From Burkholderiales bacterium (GTDB taxonomy: Bacteria > Pseudomonadota > Gammaproteobacteria > Burkholderiales > JAEUOS01): a DNA stretch of 64,000 nt. Under the pieces are notes generated by a model. The model made no database searches. It was not told where the DNA came from and saw only the letters and a list, made by a program, of their open reading frames with translations. The position numbers and the translations under genes are program-made. The stretch is taken from positions 25,280 to 89,279 of the forward strand of contig JBJXGS010000245.1 of the NCBI GenBank assembly GCA_046160545.1, given 5' to 3'. Below, piece by piece: positions 29,970-40,567 of this stretch; positions within the stretch are counted from its first letter, which is position 1; each line of letters begins with the position of its first letter.

Positions 29970-30613
29970 CGCGCCGCCGCTTCAAACGCGTCAATCAGTG
30001 TCTGGACGGCCGGACGTTTGGTCTTGAGCGCCGCTTGGTTCACGATCAGGCGCGACGAGATAGCGCGGATTTCCTCCACCGCGCGCAGGCGATTGGCCTT
30101 GAGTGTCGCTCCGGTCGAGACCAGGTCGACGATGGCCTCGGCCAGGCCCACCAGCGGCGCCAACTCCATCGAACCATAGAGTTTGATCAAGTCGACGTGC
30201 ATGCCCTTGGCCGCGAAATGCTCGCGCGCCGCGCTCACGTACTTGGTCGCGACGCGTATGCGCGCGCCGCGACGCACCGCGTTCTCGTAGTCGAACTCCT
30301 CATGGACCGCGACCATCATGCGACAACGGCCGATACCCAGATCAAGCGGCCGATACAGGCCGTCGCTACCGTTCTTGGCGTCGTGCTCGAGCAACGTGTC
30401 GAGGCCTGCCACGCCCAGGTCGGCGGCACCGTACTGCACGTAGGTCGGAACATCGGAGGCGCGCACAATGATGATGCGCAGGTCGGCTTGGTCGGTTGCC
30501 AGAATCAGCTTGCGCGAAGCCTCCGGGTCATCGGCGACCCGGATGCCGGCTGCCTTGAGCAACGGCTCGGTCTCTTCGAAAATCCGCCCCTTGGAAAGAG
30601 CAAGGGTAATCAC
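29966..30613 (-). CDS. hisG: ATP phosphoribosyltransferase, short form (HisZ-dependent)
   Basis: [39 protein letters not shown]; 215 aa. Confidence 0.96.
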   Translation of the reverse strand: MITLALSKGRIFEETEPLLKAAGIRVADDPEASRKLILATDQADLRIIIVRASDVPTYVQYGAADLGVAGLDTLLEHDAKNGSDGLYRPLDLGIGRCRMMVAVHEEFDYENAVRRGARIRVATKYVSAAREHFAAKGMHVDLIKLYGSMELAPLVGLAEAIVDLVSTGATLKANRLRAVEEIRAISSRLIVNQAALKTKRPAVQTLIDAFEAAAR

Positions 30614-30719
30614 GTCGGTTCTTCAGCAAAACCGTGATTTTACCTCTTAAGGTGTAACGTTTCGCCAGCAGGCACCCGCGCCGCAGGCGCGCAGGCTGCG
30701 CATGCGCCCCGCCGCCGCC

Positions 30720-31982
<1,263 letters not shown>

Positions 31983-32225
31983 CTAGCGCGCCGCCCACTC
32001 GGCAGGAGTGAGGGTCTTCATCGAAAGCGCATGAATTTCGTTGCCCATCTTGGTACCGAGCGCACGGTTGACCAACTGGTGGCGCGCCACACGCGACTTG
32101 CCTTCGAAGGCGGGGCTGACGATGACAGCATCGAAATGCGCGCCATCTCCGTCGACCTCAAGGTGATCGCAGGCGAGCCCTTGCGCGATAAGGGAACGAA
32201 CGTACTCGGGAGTGATCATGTCCAT
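31983..32225 (-). CDS. ibaG: BolA-family protein (IbaG/YrbA)
   Basis: GDGAHF.A.IVS..F.G...V.RHQ.V, IHAL; upstream of murA. Confidence 0.9.
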   Translation of the reverse strand: MDMITPEYVRSLIAQGLACDHLEVDGDGAHFDAVIVSPAFEGKSRVARHQLVNRALGTKMGNEIHALSMKTLTPAEWAAR

Positions 32226-32270
32226 GCTTTTGCAATCCTTGGTAGTTGACGATTCCTGTAACCGCCAACA

Positions 32271-32435
32271 CTAATGCGTGCTTGGCGCCCCGCTCGACGC
32301 TGCCACGATTCCGCTGGAGACTGTCAGCGACAGCCGAAGAGGAACGTCACTCTGCTCGAAAAAGCCGTGGCGAAAAACGTCAATCATGAAATACAACGGG
32401 TTGAAATGAGATATTTTCTGCCAGAACGCAGGCAG
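32271..32435 (-). pseudogene. C-terminal relic of a YadH-like ABC-2 permease
   Basis: LPAFWQKISHFNPLYFMIDVFRHGFFEQSDV resembles the LP..W..+S..NP..YMI.GFRYGF motif; no start codon or N-terminal part; sits where yadGH normally lie between mlaB and bolA. Confidence 0.7.
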
Positions 32436-32455
32436 GCACCGCCCTGGACTGCGCC

Positions 32456-32716
32456 CTAGCCGAACAGGGTCGATTCGACGCCGTACAGGCCGGCGATGCT
32501 GCGTAGACCTGCCGGCACATTGATGAGCGCCAGCTCGCCCCGGCTGGACAGCGCGTGGCGCTTCCAGTCGATCAGGCAGGCGATGAGGCTGGAATCGAAA
32601 TCGACCGCCCGAGCAAGGTCGATCGTCGCTTCTCCAGCAAGCACCGCGGCGCGTCCGCGTTCGACCAGTGCCGCGGCATCGTCGATTCGCACCCGTGCCG
32701 GAACCTCGAAGCTCAT
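32456..32716 (-). CDS. mlaB: STAS-domain protein MlaB
   Basis: IDL.....DSS.IA.L..W, L.S+A.LYGV; in the mla operon. Confidence 0.88.
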   Translation of the reverse strand: MSFEVPARVRIDDAAALVERGRAAVLAGEATIDLARAVDFDSSLIACLIDWKRHALSSRGELALINVPAGLRSIAGLYGVESTLFG

Positions 32717-33342
32717 CAGGAACGGCTGCGTGCTTCGACGGCGCGATTCTTGGCACCCAGCGCCTTGATCAGTCCGTCGATGCCGTTGGCGGAGATTTCG
32801 GAGTTGAACTGTCCCTGGAAGGTCTGCACCAGGCGCGCTCCGAGAACATTGATGTCGACCACTTTCCAGGCGCCGTCTATGCGCTCGACGTAGTAGTCCA
32901 GCTGGATTGGTTCGCCATTGCGTGCCTTGACCGATGAGCGTACCACCGCCTCGTTGTCGCCGGGCTGCATGCGCAGCGGACGATACTCGATTACCGTGTC
33001 GGCCCGATACGCGGTAAACGCGCCAGCGTACGTGTTGGTCAGGAGTGCCTTGAACTCGCGCACCAGGGATTGCTGCTGCTCAGGTGTCGCACGCGCCCAG
33101 TGGCGTCCGACCGCCGCCTGGGTCATGCGCTGGAAGTTGAGGTAGGGAACGATCTTGGCTTCAACCAGCGCGTTGAGCTTTTGCCGGTTGCCCGCCTGGA
33201 TTTCACGGTCGGCGAGAAGCGCTGCAGCCGCCTCGTCGACCGCGCGCTTGATTACGACATCCGGGCCTTCGGCAGCCATCGCCGCGACCGGCCCGCAAAC
33301 CAGGAGGACGCCCAGAATCAGGGCGCGCAGAACCGCGTGCAT
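32716..33342 (-). CDS. mlaC: Periplasmic phospholipid shuttle MlaC
   Basis: Signal peptide, F.RMT..AVG..W, LL.NTY, WKVVD+NV.G. Confidence 0.93.
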   Translation of the reverse strand: MHAVLRALILGVLLVCGPVAAMAAEGPDVVIKRAVDEAAAALLADREIQAGNRQKLNALVEAKIVPYLNFQRMTQAAVGRHWARATPEQQQSLVREFKALLTNTYAGAFTAYRADTVIEYRPLRMQPGDNEAVVRSSVKARNGEPIQLDYYVERIDGAWKVVDINVLGARLVQTFQGQFNSEISANGIDGLIKALGAKNRAVEARSRS

Positions 33343-33347
33343 CGTTG

Positions 33348-34226
33348 CTAGAACTCCCGCACGACGATTCCGGCCAAGGCTTGACGAGGCGCTTCGGTGC
33401 GCGGCGCCGGCAGAACCAGTGCCTCGGCACGCTGGGCAACCCGCTGGTTGGCCGCATCTACCCAGATGTTGGCCGGCAGACGCCGCGGCAGGGACTCGGC
33501 AGCGTTGAGCGCGACCGCGGACGGAACCCGCAATGCACTGGTGCGATTGTCGTTGTCAATCATCCCCTGGCGCCGCTGCAGGTAGGCATCACGTACAAAA
33601 GAGTACTTGTCCAGCGCGGCTTCCTCGAGAACGTTGCCGGCCTCGAGCAGTTCGGCGCGCCGATTGACCGCGCGCAGCGAATACAGCACGTTGCGGGTGC
33701 GCACGTGATCCGCCCACACCGGATCGAGGTTGGTATAGATCAGGGTTCCGATGCCTTCACGGACCGTCTGCGGGCCGAGGAAGGGCAATACCAGGTAGGG
33801 GCCGGGGCCGAAGCCCCACTTGCCGAAAGTCTGGCCGAAATCGCGGTCGTGCTTTTCCAGGCCCAGCTTGGAAGCCACGTCGAAACAACCCAACAGGCCG
33901 ACCGTGGTGTTGACGACAACGCGGCAGACATCCGACACCGCATCTCCGAACTTGCCTTGCAGTAAGCTGTTCAAACCGACGAAGATGTCGTTGATGTTGG
34001 CGAACACATTGCCGACGCATTCGCGCGCCGGCTCGGGGACAACCGTCTTGTACCCCTTGGCAACTGGTTGTAGTACAGCTTTGTCGACTCCCTCGTTGAA
34101 GCCGAACATGGCGCGGTTGAACCCTTCAAAGGGATCTCCCGGCGTGCCACTGGTCGCACAGCCACCTGCGCAGCAGGCGATCAAAAGCGCCAGCAGCAGG
34201 CCTTTGAGCTTGTCGAGCATGATCAT
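33348..34226 (-). CDS. mlaA: Outer-membrane lipoprotein MlaA/VacJ
   Basis: Lipobox AGGC, DPFEGFNRAMF.FN, DFGQT.GKWG, GPYLVLPFLGP, RDAYLQRR. Confidence 0.94.
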   Translation of the reverse strand: MIMLDKLKGLLLALLIACCAGGCATSGTPGDPFEGFNRAMFGFNEGVDKAVLQPVAKGYKTVVPEPARECVGNVFANINDIFVGLNSLLQGKFGDAVSDVCRVVVNTTVGLLGCFDVASKLGLEKHDRDFGQTFGKWGFGPGPYLVLPFLGPQTVREGIGTLIYTNLDPVWADHVRTRNVLYSLRAVNRRAELLEAGNVLEEAALDKYSFVRDAYLQRRQGMIDNDNRTSALRVPSAVALNAAESLPRRLPANIWVDAANQRVAQRAEALVLPAPRTEAPRQALAGIVVREF

Positions 34227-34696
34227 TTGTTGTCGCTCTTGCCTTCCGCAGCCTTGTTGAACACCAGCTGGCCGATCAGGTTCTCCAGCACCATCGCCGA
34301 CTGGGTGGACTTGATGCGCCCGCCATCAGCCAGCTTCTTGCTGTCGCCACCTGCTTCCAGCCCCAAATACTGCTCACCCAGCAAACCGGCGGTAAGAATC
34401 TTGGCCGAAGTGTCCTGCGGAAACGAAAAACGCTTATCAAGCGCCAGCGTCACCACCGCCTCGTAGGTCTGATCGTCAAAGGCGATCTTGACCACCCGGC
34501 CCACTACCACCCCGGCGCTCTTGACCGGCGCCCTAGCCTTCAAGCCACCGATGTTATCAAACTTCGCAAGCACTTGATACGTCTCGGAAAAGCTGAAAGC
34601 GGCCAGATTTCCGGCTTTCAGCGCGAGCACCAGGATCGCGGCAAATCCAGCCATGACGAACAGGCCCACCCACAAGTCGGTCAATTTGCGATTCAT
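34223..34696 (-). CDS. mlaD: MCE protein MlaD
   Basis: FDNIGGLK.RAPV..AGV.VGRV, T.GLLGEQY. Confidence 0.95.
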   Translation of the reverse strand: MNRKLTDLWVGLFVMAGFAAILVLALKAGNLAAFSFSETYQVLAKFDNIGGLKARAPVKSAGVVVGRVVKIAFDDQTYEAVVTLALDKRFSFPQDTSAKILTAGLLGEQYLGLEAGGDSKKLADGGRIKSTQSAMVLENLIGQLVFNKAAEGKSDNK

Positions 34697-34718
34697 ATGA
34701 GGCTTTCCATGGCGTCGA

Positions 34719-35501
34719 TCAGGTGGCGCTGAACATCAACGCGGTGAGGATGAAATCCAGTGCCAGCACCACCAGCGAAGAGGTGACGACGGTGCGCGTG
34801 GTGGCGTGCGACACCCCTTCCGGAGTCGGCTGGCAATCATATCCTTCGAAGACGGCGATGAACGTGACAGCGATGCCGAACACCACGCTCTTGACCACCC
34901 CGTTGCCGACGTCCTCCAGCCAGTCGACGCCATTTTGCATCTGGCTCCAGAATGCCCCTTCGTCGACGCCGATCAGGACCACGCCGACGACGTAACCGCC
35001 AAACACACCGACGGCCGAGAAAATCGCCGCCAGGAGCGGCATCGCGATCACGCCCGCAAGAAAGCGCGGCGCCAGCACGCGCGAGACTGGCGAAACCGCC
35101 ATCATCTCCATCGCCGCAAGCTGCTCGCCCGCCTTCATGAGGCCGATCTCGGCCGCAATCGAGGTCCCGGCGCGCCCGGCGAAGAGGAGCGCTGTGACCA
35201 CCGGCCCGAGTTCGCGCACCAGCGACAGGGCCACAAGCAGGCCCAACGCCTGCTCCGATCCGTAGCGCTGCAAGGTGTTGTAGCCCTGCAACCCGAGCAC
35301 GAAACCGACGAACAGGCCCGAAACCGCGATGATGATGAGCGAATAGTTGCCGATGAAATGGATCTGCGCCACGGTCAGGCGAAAACGCCGCAACGCGGTG
35401 CCGCAAGCACCCAGGAGGATCAGGAACAGGCGCGTGGCGTAGCCGAGCTTGGCCACGCCGTCGATGCTGGCATGCCCTATCCGGCGTGCCAGTGCGATCA
35501 T
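34719..35501 (-). CDS. mlaE: ABC permease MlaE
   Basis: RELGPV..ALLFAGRAG..IAAEIGLMK..EQ, TT.TVV. Confidence 0.96.
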   Translation of the reverse strand: MIALARRIGHASIDGVAKLGYATRLFLILLGACGTALRRFRLTVAQIHFIGNYSLIIIAVSGLFVGFVLGLQGYNTLQRYGSEQALGLLVALSLVRELGPVVTALLFAGRAGTSIAAEIGLMKAGEQLAAMEMMAVSPVSRVLAPRFLAGVIAMPLLAAIFSAVGVFGGYVVGVVLIGVDEGAFWSQMQNGVDWLEDVGNGVVKSVVFGIAVTFIAVFEGYDCQPTPEGVSHATTRTVVTSSLVVLALDFILTALMFSAT

Positions 35502-36322
35502 CGGGACAGTCCCAGGTCAGCCGCGTAGTCAGGCGCGGGGTAATGAAAGCGCACCGGGCCTTCCGGACTGCCGGCGATGAACTGGCGCACATACGGCGCC
35601 TCGGAGGCACGGATTTCGTCCGGTGTGCCGCGCGCGACTATGCGTCCCTCGGCAAGAAAGTACACGTAGTCGACAATCGCCAGCGACTCGTGCACGTCGT
35701 GAGTGACGATGATCGACGCCGCGCCCAGGGCGTCGTTGAGCCGGCGGATGAGCCGCGCGGTGATCCCCAAGGAAATCGGGTCGAGCCCCGCGAACGGTTC
35801 GTCATACATGACCAGCCCCGGATCGAGCGCGATGGCACGTGCCAGCGCAACGCGGCGCGACATGCCCCCGGATATCTCCGACGGCATGAGCGCATGCGCC
35901 CCGCGCAAGCCGACCGCGTCGAGCTTCATGAGCACCAGATCGCGGATCGCCGACTCGGGCAGCGCGGTGTGCTCGCGCAGCGGAAAGGCGACGTTGTCAA
36001 ACACGCTCATGTCGGTGAAAAGCGCGCCGAACTGGAACAGCATGCCCATGCGCCGGCGCAGGTCGTACAAACCCTTGCGATCCTGTTCATGGACGTTCTT
36101 GCCATCGACACTGACCGTACCTGCTTGAGGGCGCACCTGGCCTCCCAGGAGGCGCAGCACGGTGGTCTTGCCGGAGCCAGATCCGCCCATCAACGCGACC
36201 AGTTGGCCGCGTCCGACGGTAAAGTCCACCCCAGACAGGATCTGGCGCCCAAGGGCGCCGGTCAGCGTGGGATATGCGAAGGAAACGCCCTCCATCGAGA
36301 CAAAGGGCGAAGAGTCAGGCAC
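35498..36322 (-). CDS. mlaF: ABC ATPase MlaF
   Basis: GGSGSGKT, LFQFGALF.D, ISGGM.RRVALARA, DEPF.GLDP. Confidence 0.95.
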   Translation of the reverse strand: MPDSSPFVSMEGVSFAYPTLTGALGRQILSGVDFTVGRGQLVALMGGSGSGKTTVLRLLGGQVRPQAGTVSVDGKNVHEQDRKGLYDLRRRMGMLFQFGALFTDMSVFDNVAFPLREHTALPESAIRDLVLMKLDAVGLRGAHALMPSEISGGMSRRVALARAIALDPGLVMYDEPFAGLDPISLGITARLIRRLNDALGAASIIVTHDVHESLAIVDYVYFLAEGRIVARGTPDEIRASEAPYVRQFIAGSPEGPVRFHYPAPDYAADLGLSR

Positions 36323-36436
36323 CGGGGCGGTCGTCGGTAGATAGCAGCAGCGCCGAAGTGTAGCAGCCCGCTTGTGGCCCGAAAAATGCGACGCGGGCTT
36401 CCGCTATAGTGACGGCATGTCGATCATGACCAACCC

Positions 36437-37198
36437 TTGCACCGCGTGAGCGACAGCCGCGCGCAGGCAGCGCTGCGATTTGCCGGGGTCGCCAAGCGCT
36501 ATGGCGAACATGCCGCACTCGCAGAGGTGTCTTTCGAGGTGATGCCAGGCGAATCCTTCGGCTTGGCCGGGGTCAACGGCGCAGGCAAGACAACGCTGAT
36601 CAAATGCCTTCTCGACCTGACCGCACCGGACGCGGGAGAGATCTCGATTTTCGGCGTTGTCGCAGGCCTGCATAGCGCGCGCGCGCGCCTGGCCTATCTG
36701 CCTGAGCGATTCATGCCGCCGCACTACCTCAACGGTCGCGAGTTCCTCGGCATGATGGCCGGGCTGCGCGGCGGCGCCTACGACGACGAAGCAGCGCGCC
36801 GCATGCTCGATCGACTCGATCTCGACACTGCAGCGCTGGCCAAACCGGTGCGCGACTATTCCAAGGGAATGACGCAAAAGCTGGGGCTCGCTGCCTGCTT
36901 CATGGCCGATTGCGACCTCCTGATCCTGGACGAGCCGATGAGCGGGCTCGACCCCAAAGCGCGCGCACGGGTCAAACACCTGCTCTCCGAGTGGCGCGGC
37001 AAGGGACGCACGCTCTTCTTCACCTCGCACGCGCTGGCCGACATCGAGGAAATCTGCGAACGGCTGGCGGTGCTGCACGGCGGCCAGCTGCGCTATCTCG
37101 GCGCGCCGCTCGATCTGGTGCAACAAAGCGGCGCGTCAAACCTTGAAAGCGCGTTCCTCGCGACCATCGGCGAGTCAATCGCAGCGCACCAGCCATGA
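36437..37198 (+). CDS. ABC ATP-binding protein (PilH/XapD-like), first gene of the filament cluster
   Basis: Walker A GVNGAGKT, signature YSKGMTQK, LLILDEPMSGLDP, FTSH; overlaps the next gene; start TTG 36437 or GTG 36446. Confidence 0.85.
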   Translation: MHRVSDSRAQAALRFAGVAKRYGEHAALAEVSFEVMPGESFGLAGVNGAGKTTLIKCLLDLTAPDAGEISIFGVVAGLHSARARLAYLPERFMPPHYLNGREFLGMMAGLRGGAYDDEAARRMLDRLDLDTAALAKPVRDYSKGMTQKLGLAACFMADCDLLILDEPMSGLDPKARARVKHLLSEWRGKGRTLFFTSHALADIEEICERLAVLHGGQLRYLGAPLDLVQQSGASNLESAFLATIGESIAAHQP

Positions 37199-38649
37199 GC
37201 CTGACGCCTCGTCCGAGCGTCCTTCTGGTTGACGACGACCCGCTGATCGTCGAAACCCTGAGCCTCGCCCTGGGCCACCGTTTTCACATCCAGAGCGCTA
37301 CGACGCGCGCAGATGCGATTGCCCTGTTGCGCGCCCTTCCCGAACCTCCGCCGCTGGCGCTGATTGACCTCGGCCTGCCGCCGACCCCGCACCTGCCCGA
37401 CGAAGGCTACCGCCTGACCACGGCTCTCCTGGCACTGGCTCCCCAGACCAAAATCGTGGTGCTCTCCGGACAGGCGGCGGAAGCGTCCGGCAGACATGCG
37501 CGTGCGCTGGGAGCGGTCGAATTCGTCGCCAAGCCGGTAAGCCCGGCGCAACTGATCCGCGTGCTCGAGGACGCGCTGGCGGCCGGGCAGGCGGAGTCCG
37601 CGGCCACCGTGGTCGCCGACCCGCTCACCGCGCTGATCGGCACATCGGCACCCATACTGGGACTGAAGACGCAGATACGCCTGGTGGCGACCTCGCCTTT
37701 TCCCGTCCTGATCGAAGGCGAATCGGGCAGCGGCAAGGAAGTTGTGGCCGGCGCGCTGCACGCCCTGTCAGGGCGCGGCGCGGCGCCTTACCTTGCTCTC
37801 AACTGCGCGGCGATCGCCCCGTCGTTGGTCGAGCCCACCCTGTTCGGCTATGCGAAGGGTTCGTTCACCGGCGCCGTCGGCGCAAAGGCCGGCTATTTCG
37901 AGGACGCTCGCGATGGCACCCTGTTCCTGGATGAAATCGGCGAATTGCCGCTGGAGTTGCAGGCCAAGCTTTTGCGCGTACTCGAGAATGGAGAGTACAA
38001 CCGCGTTGGCGAAACGCAGTCGCGCCGCTCACAGGCACGGGTGATCACTGCCACCAACCGCGACCTGCGCGCCAGCGCGCGCGGCGGGGGCTTTCGCGCC
38101 GACCTTTATCATCGCTTGTCCGTGTTCACGCTGCGCGTGCCGCCGCTGCGCGACCTGGGCGATGACAAGCTGGCACTGCTCGAGCATTTTTCGGCCATGT
38201 ATGCGCAAAAGGACGCTCGCCAGTTCACGTTGGACGCGCCTGCACGACGCCTGTGGCTCGAGTATCCGTTTCCGGGCAATGTGCGCGAACTGCGCAACGT
38301 GGTCATCCGCCTGGCCACTCGCTACCCGGGCCTGGTGCTGTCGGCCGAACAACTCGAGACTGAATTCGATTCCGGGGCCACGCTTGCGGCCGCGCCGTCC
38401 GGCGATGAAGTCGCGCGCGCCGCGTACGACGAACTCGCGCGACGCGGTGCATTCAATCTCGACACGCGCCTGGCGCACTGGGAGCGCGCCTACATCGCCG
38501 CGGCGATGCAGCTGGCCGCGGGCAACATCAGCCAGGCTGCGCGGCTTCTCGGCGTCAACCGCACCACCCTGTATTCGCGCATGGCAGCGCTCGAACGCAA
38601 CGCCGGGGCGGATGTACCGGAGCGCGACAACCCGCAGGGGAGAAGTTAG
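37195..38649 (+). CDS. Sigma54-dependent response regulator (REC-AAA+-Fis HTH), PrsR/PilR-like
   Basis: VDDD, DLGLPP.P...EG receiver loop, KP, GESGSGKE, GSFTGA, LFLDEIGE, FR.DLYHRL, PGNVREL.N, GN+SQAARLLGV.R.TLY. Confidence 0.93.
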   Translation: MSLTPRPSVLLVDDDPLIVETLSLALGHRFHIQSATTRADAIALLRALPEPPPLALIDLGLPPTPHLPDEGYRLTTALLALAPQTKIVVLSGQAAEASGRHARALGAVEFVAKPVSPAQLIRVLEDALAAGQAESAATVVADPLTALIGTSAPILGLKTQIRLVATSPFPVLIEGESGSGKEVVAGALHALSGRGAAPYLALNCAAIAPSLVEPTLFGYAKGSFTGAVGAKAGYFEDARDGTLFLDEIGELPLELQAKLLRVLENGEYNRVGETQSRRSQARVITATNRDLRASARGGGFRADLYHRLSVFTLRVPPLRDLGDDKLALLEHFSAMYAQKDARQFTLDAPARRLWLEYPFPGNVRELRNVVIRLATRYPGLVLSAEQLETEFDSGATLAAAPSGDEVARAAYDELARRGAFNLDTRLAHWERAYIAAAMQLAAGNISQAARLLGVNRTTLYSRMAALERNAGADVPERDNPQGRS

Positions 38650-40272
38650 ATGTACCTGAGTCATTTCGGCCTGTCCGAAGCGCCATTCCGCATCACCCCG
38701 CACACGGACTTCTTTTTCGACGGCGCCAATCGCGGCGCGACCCTCGAGGCGCTGCTCTACACGATCACCAACGACGAAGGCATCGTCAAGGTCACCGGCG
38801 AAGTCGGTAGCGGCAAAACCATGTTGTGCCGCGTGCTCATCGAGCGACTTCCGGCGCACGTGCAGACCGTCTACCTCTCCAGCCCGTCTCTTGGTCGCGA
38901 CGAAATCCTGCGTTCCATTCTCGACGACCTCAACGTGAGCGCCCCAGGGGAGCGTCCGGTCACGATACTGCGCGTACTTCAGGAGCATCTGATCGACTTG
39001 TACGGGCAGGGCCGGCGCGTCGTGGTGCTGATCGACGAGGCGCACGCGATGGCGCCGGAGACGCTTGAAGAAATTCGCCTGCTCTCCAATCTGGAAACCA
39101 AGCGCGAAAAGCTCATGCAGATCGTGCTCTTCGGCCAGCAGGAGCTGGACGACCTTTTGGGCATGCCGCAGATGCGCCCCTTGCGCGAACGCATCGTGCA
39201 CAGCTTTCGCCTGGAGCCGCTGGTGCGATCCGACATCGGCACCTACCTCATGTTTCGCATGCGCCAGGCCGGCTACAGGGGCCCGAACCTTTTCGCCGCG
39301 ACGGCGGTACGGCACATCGCCGAGGCCTCGCAGGGCCTGACCCGGCGCATCAACATCCTTGCCGACAAGGCACTCCTCTCGGCGTTCTCGGACGGCGAAC
39401 ACGAGGTCAATACGCGCCACGTCAAGGCTGCCGTGGCGGACTCCGAGTTCACGCGCCTCATCAAGCCGACCGCAAGACGCTTATCCCCCTGGGTCATGTG
39501 GGCCGGAGCACTGGGCCTCCTGGCCGCCGGCGCCGCGCTAACCATGATCGCCACGCGCTGGCATGATAGACCGCCAGCGCCGGCACCCGCTGCCTCATTG
39601 GCCCGCCCTCCCGAGCCTCCCGCTACGCCGGCCGCGGCAGCTCTGCCCGCGCCGGCCGCGGCGCAAGCCCCTTCCGGCGTGCTGCGCCCTGAAGCAACCC
39701 CCTCCGCGCCGGCTCAGGCGACAGGAGCCCCCCCGAGTACAGCCGGCCCGTCACCGGCACCGGCACCTGCACCTGCACCTTCGTCTGCACCTTCGACTGC
39801 ACCGACGGGCGCGCTCGCGCCAGCTGCTGTTGCGGCGAACGCTCCGAATGCGGCTGGAGCCGCACCTGTAGCATCGCCGGCCAAGTCCGCCCCCGTACCG
39901 CCCGGCGCGGCCGTCGGCGCCGTGTCACGCACGCCCAGACTCGATGCGCGCTTCACCGCCACGGACGCATGGTTAAAGGAAGCACCGGCGGATGCCTACG
40001 CGCTGCAACTTATGGCCATCGACCCGGTACGCACACGCGAACTCGACGATTGGCTGCGCCGAGTCCCGCCCGGAGTTCCCCTGGACCGTGTCTTCATTTT
40101 TGGCGCACGCAGCAGCCATTCCGATGCGCAACGGCTGCATGTTGTGCTCGGAACTTTCGCCAACCGAGATGAGGCGCTGGCCACGGCCAAGTCCCTGCCC
40201 CCCCAGTTCGCGAGCAACAAGCCGCAACTGCGATCACTTTCGAACATTCGCAGCCAGGCACTGCCGCGATAG
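38650..40272 (+). CDS. ExeA/MshM-like AAA ATPase with TM, Pro/Ala linker and C-terminal SPOR-like domain
   Basis: MYL.HFGL...PF..TP, TGEVGSGKT, IDEAH, LRERI, G..RRINILADKAL; C-terminal YALQL...V+LG.F..R.EA...LP. Confidence 0.88.
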   Translation: MYLSHFGLSEAPFRITPHTDFFFDGANRGATLEALLYTITNDEGIVKVTGEVGSGKTMLCRVLIERLPAHVQTVYLSSPSLGRDEILRSILDDLNVSAPGERPVTILRVLQEHLIDLYGQGRRVVVLIDEAHAMAPETLEEIRLLSNLETKREKLMQIVLFGQQELDDLLGMPQMRPLRERIVHSFRLEPLVRSDIGTYLMFRMRQAGYRGPNLFAATAVRHIAEASQGLTRRINILADKALLSAFSDGEHEVNTRHVKAAVADSEFTRLIKPTARRLSPWVMWAGALGLLAAGAALTMIATRWHDRPPAPAPAASLARPPEPPATPAAAALPAPAAAQAPSGVLRPEATPSAPAQATGAPPSTAGPSPAPAPAPAPSSAPSTAPTGALAPAAVAANAPNAAGAAPVASPAKSAPVPPGAAVGAVSRTPRLDARFTATDAWLKEAPADAYALQLMAIDPVRTRELDDWLRRVPPGVPLDRVFIFGARSSHSDAQRLHVVLGTFANRDEALATAKSLPPQFASNKPQLRSLSNIRSQALPR

Positions 40273-40567
40273 TGGTGTGACATCCAGGATTGTTGCAAAA
40301 TCGCAACAAGCTATTTGACGCCGCTTCGCCGCGTCCCCGCATCGGCGCAGCCCCCGGGTTCCGAGCGACCGGTACATGAGGTGCTGCGGACACCGTTCCG
40401 CAGAAGCTAAAATCCCGGAAAATCATGAATTTGCGTCGCACATTTCATGTGATAACATCAAATTGGAAAAATATCACCACCCTGCACTGGTGGCGCTCGT
40501 TCGACACTGGTGCAGGTGTATCGCGGATCACTGGTGGCATCGGCTCGGCGCCGACGGAGGGTTCGGC

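Noticed and set aside
39728-39780. C7 run and hexamer repeats as a phase-variation site
   Set aside because: The tract is short, the hexamers are in frame and imperfect, and they simply encode a Pro/Ala linker.
40485-40536. CACTGGTG x3 as a mini-CRISPR
   Set aside because: Repeats are only 8 bp with 12-16 bp spacers and there are no cas genes; kept only as a possible operator.
40535-40549. TGGCATCGGCTCGGC, a GG-N10-GC match before the secretin
   Set aside because: Lacks the TT before GC and would place the transcript start inside the RBS.
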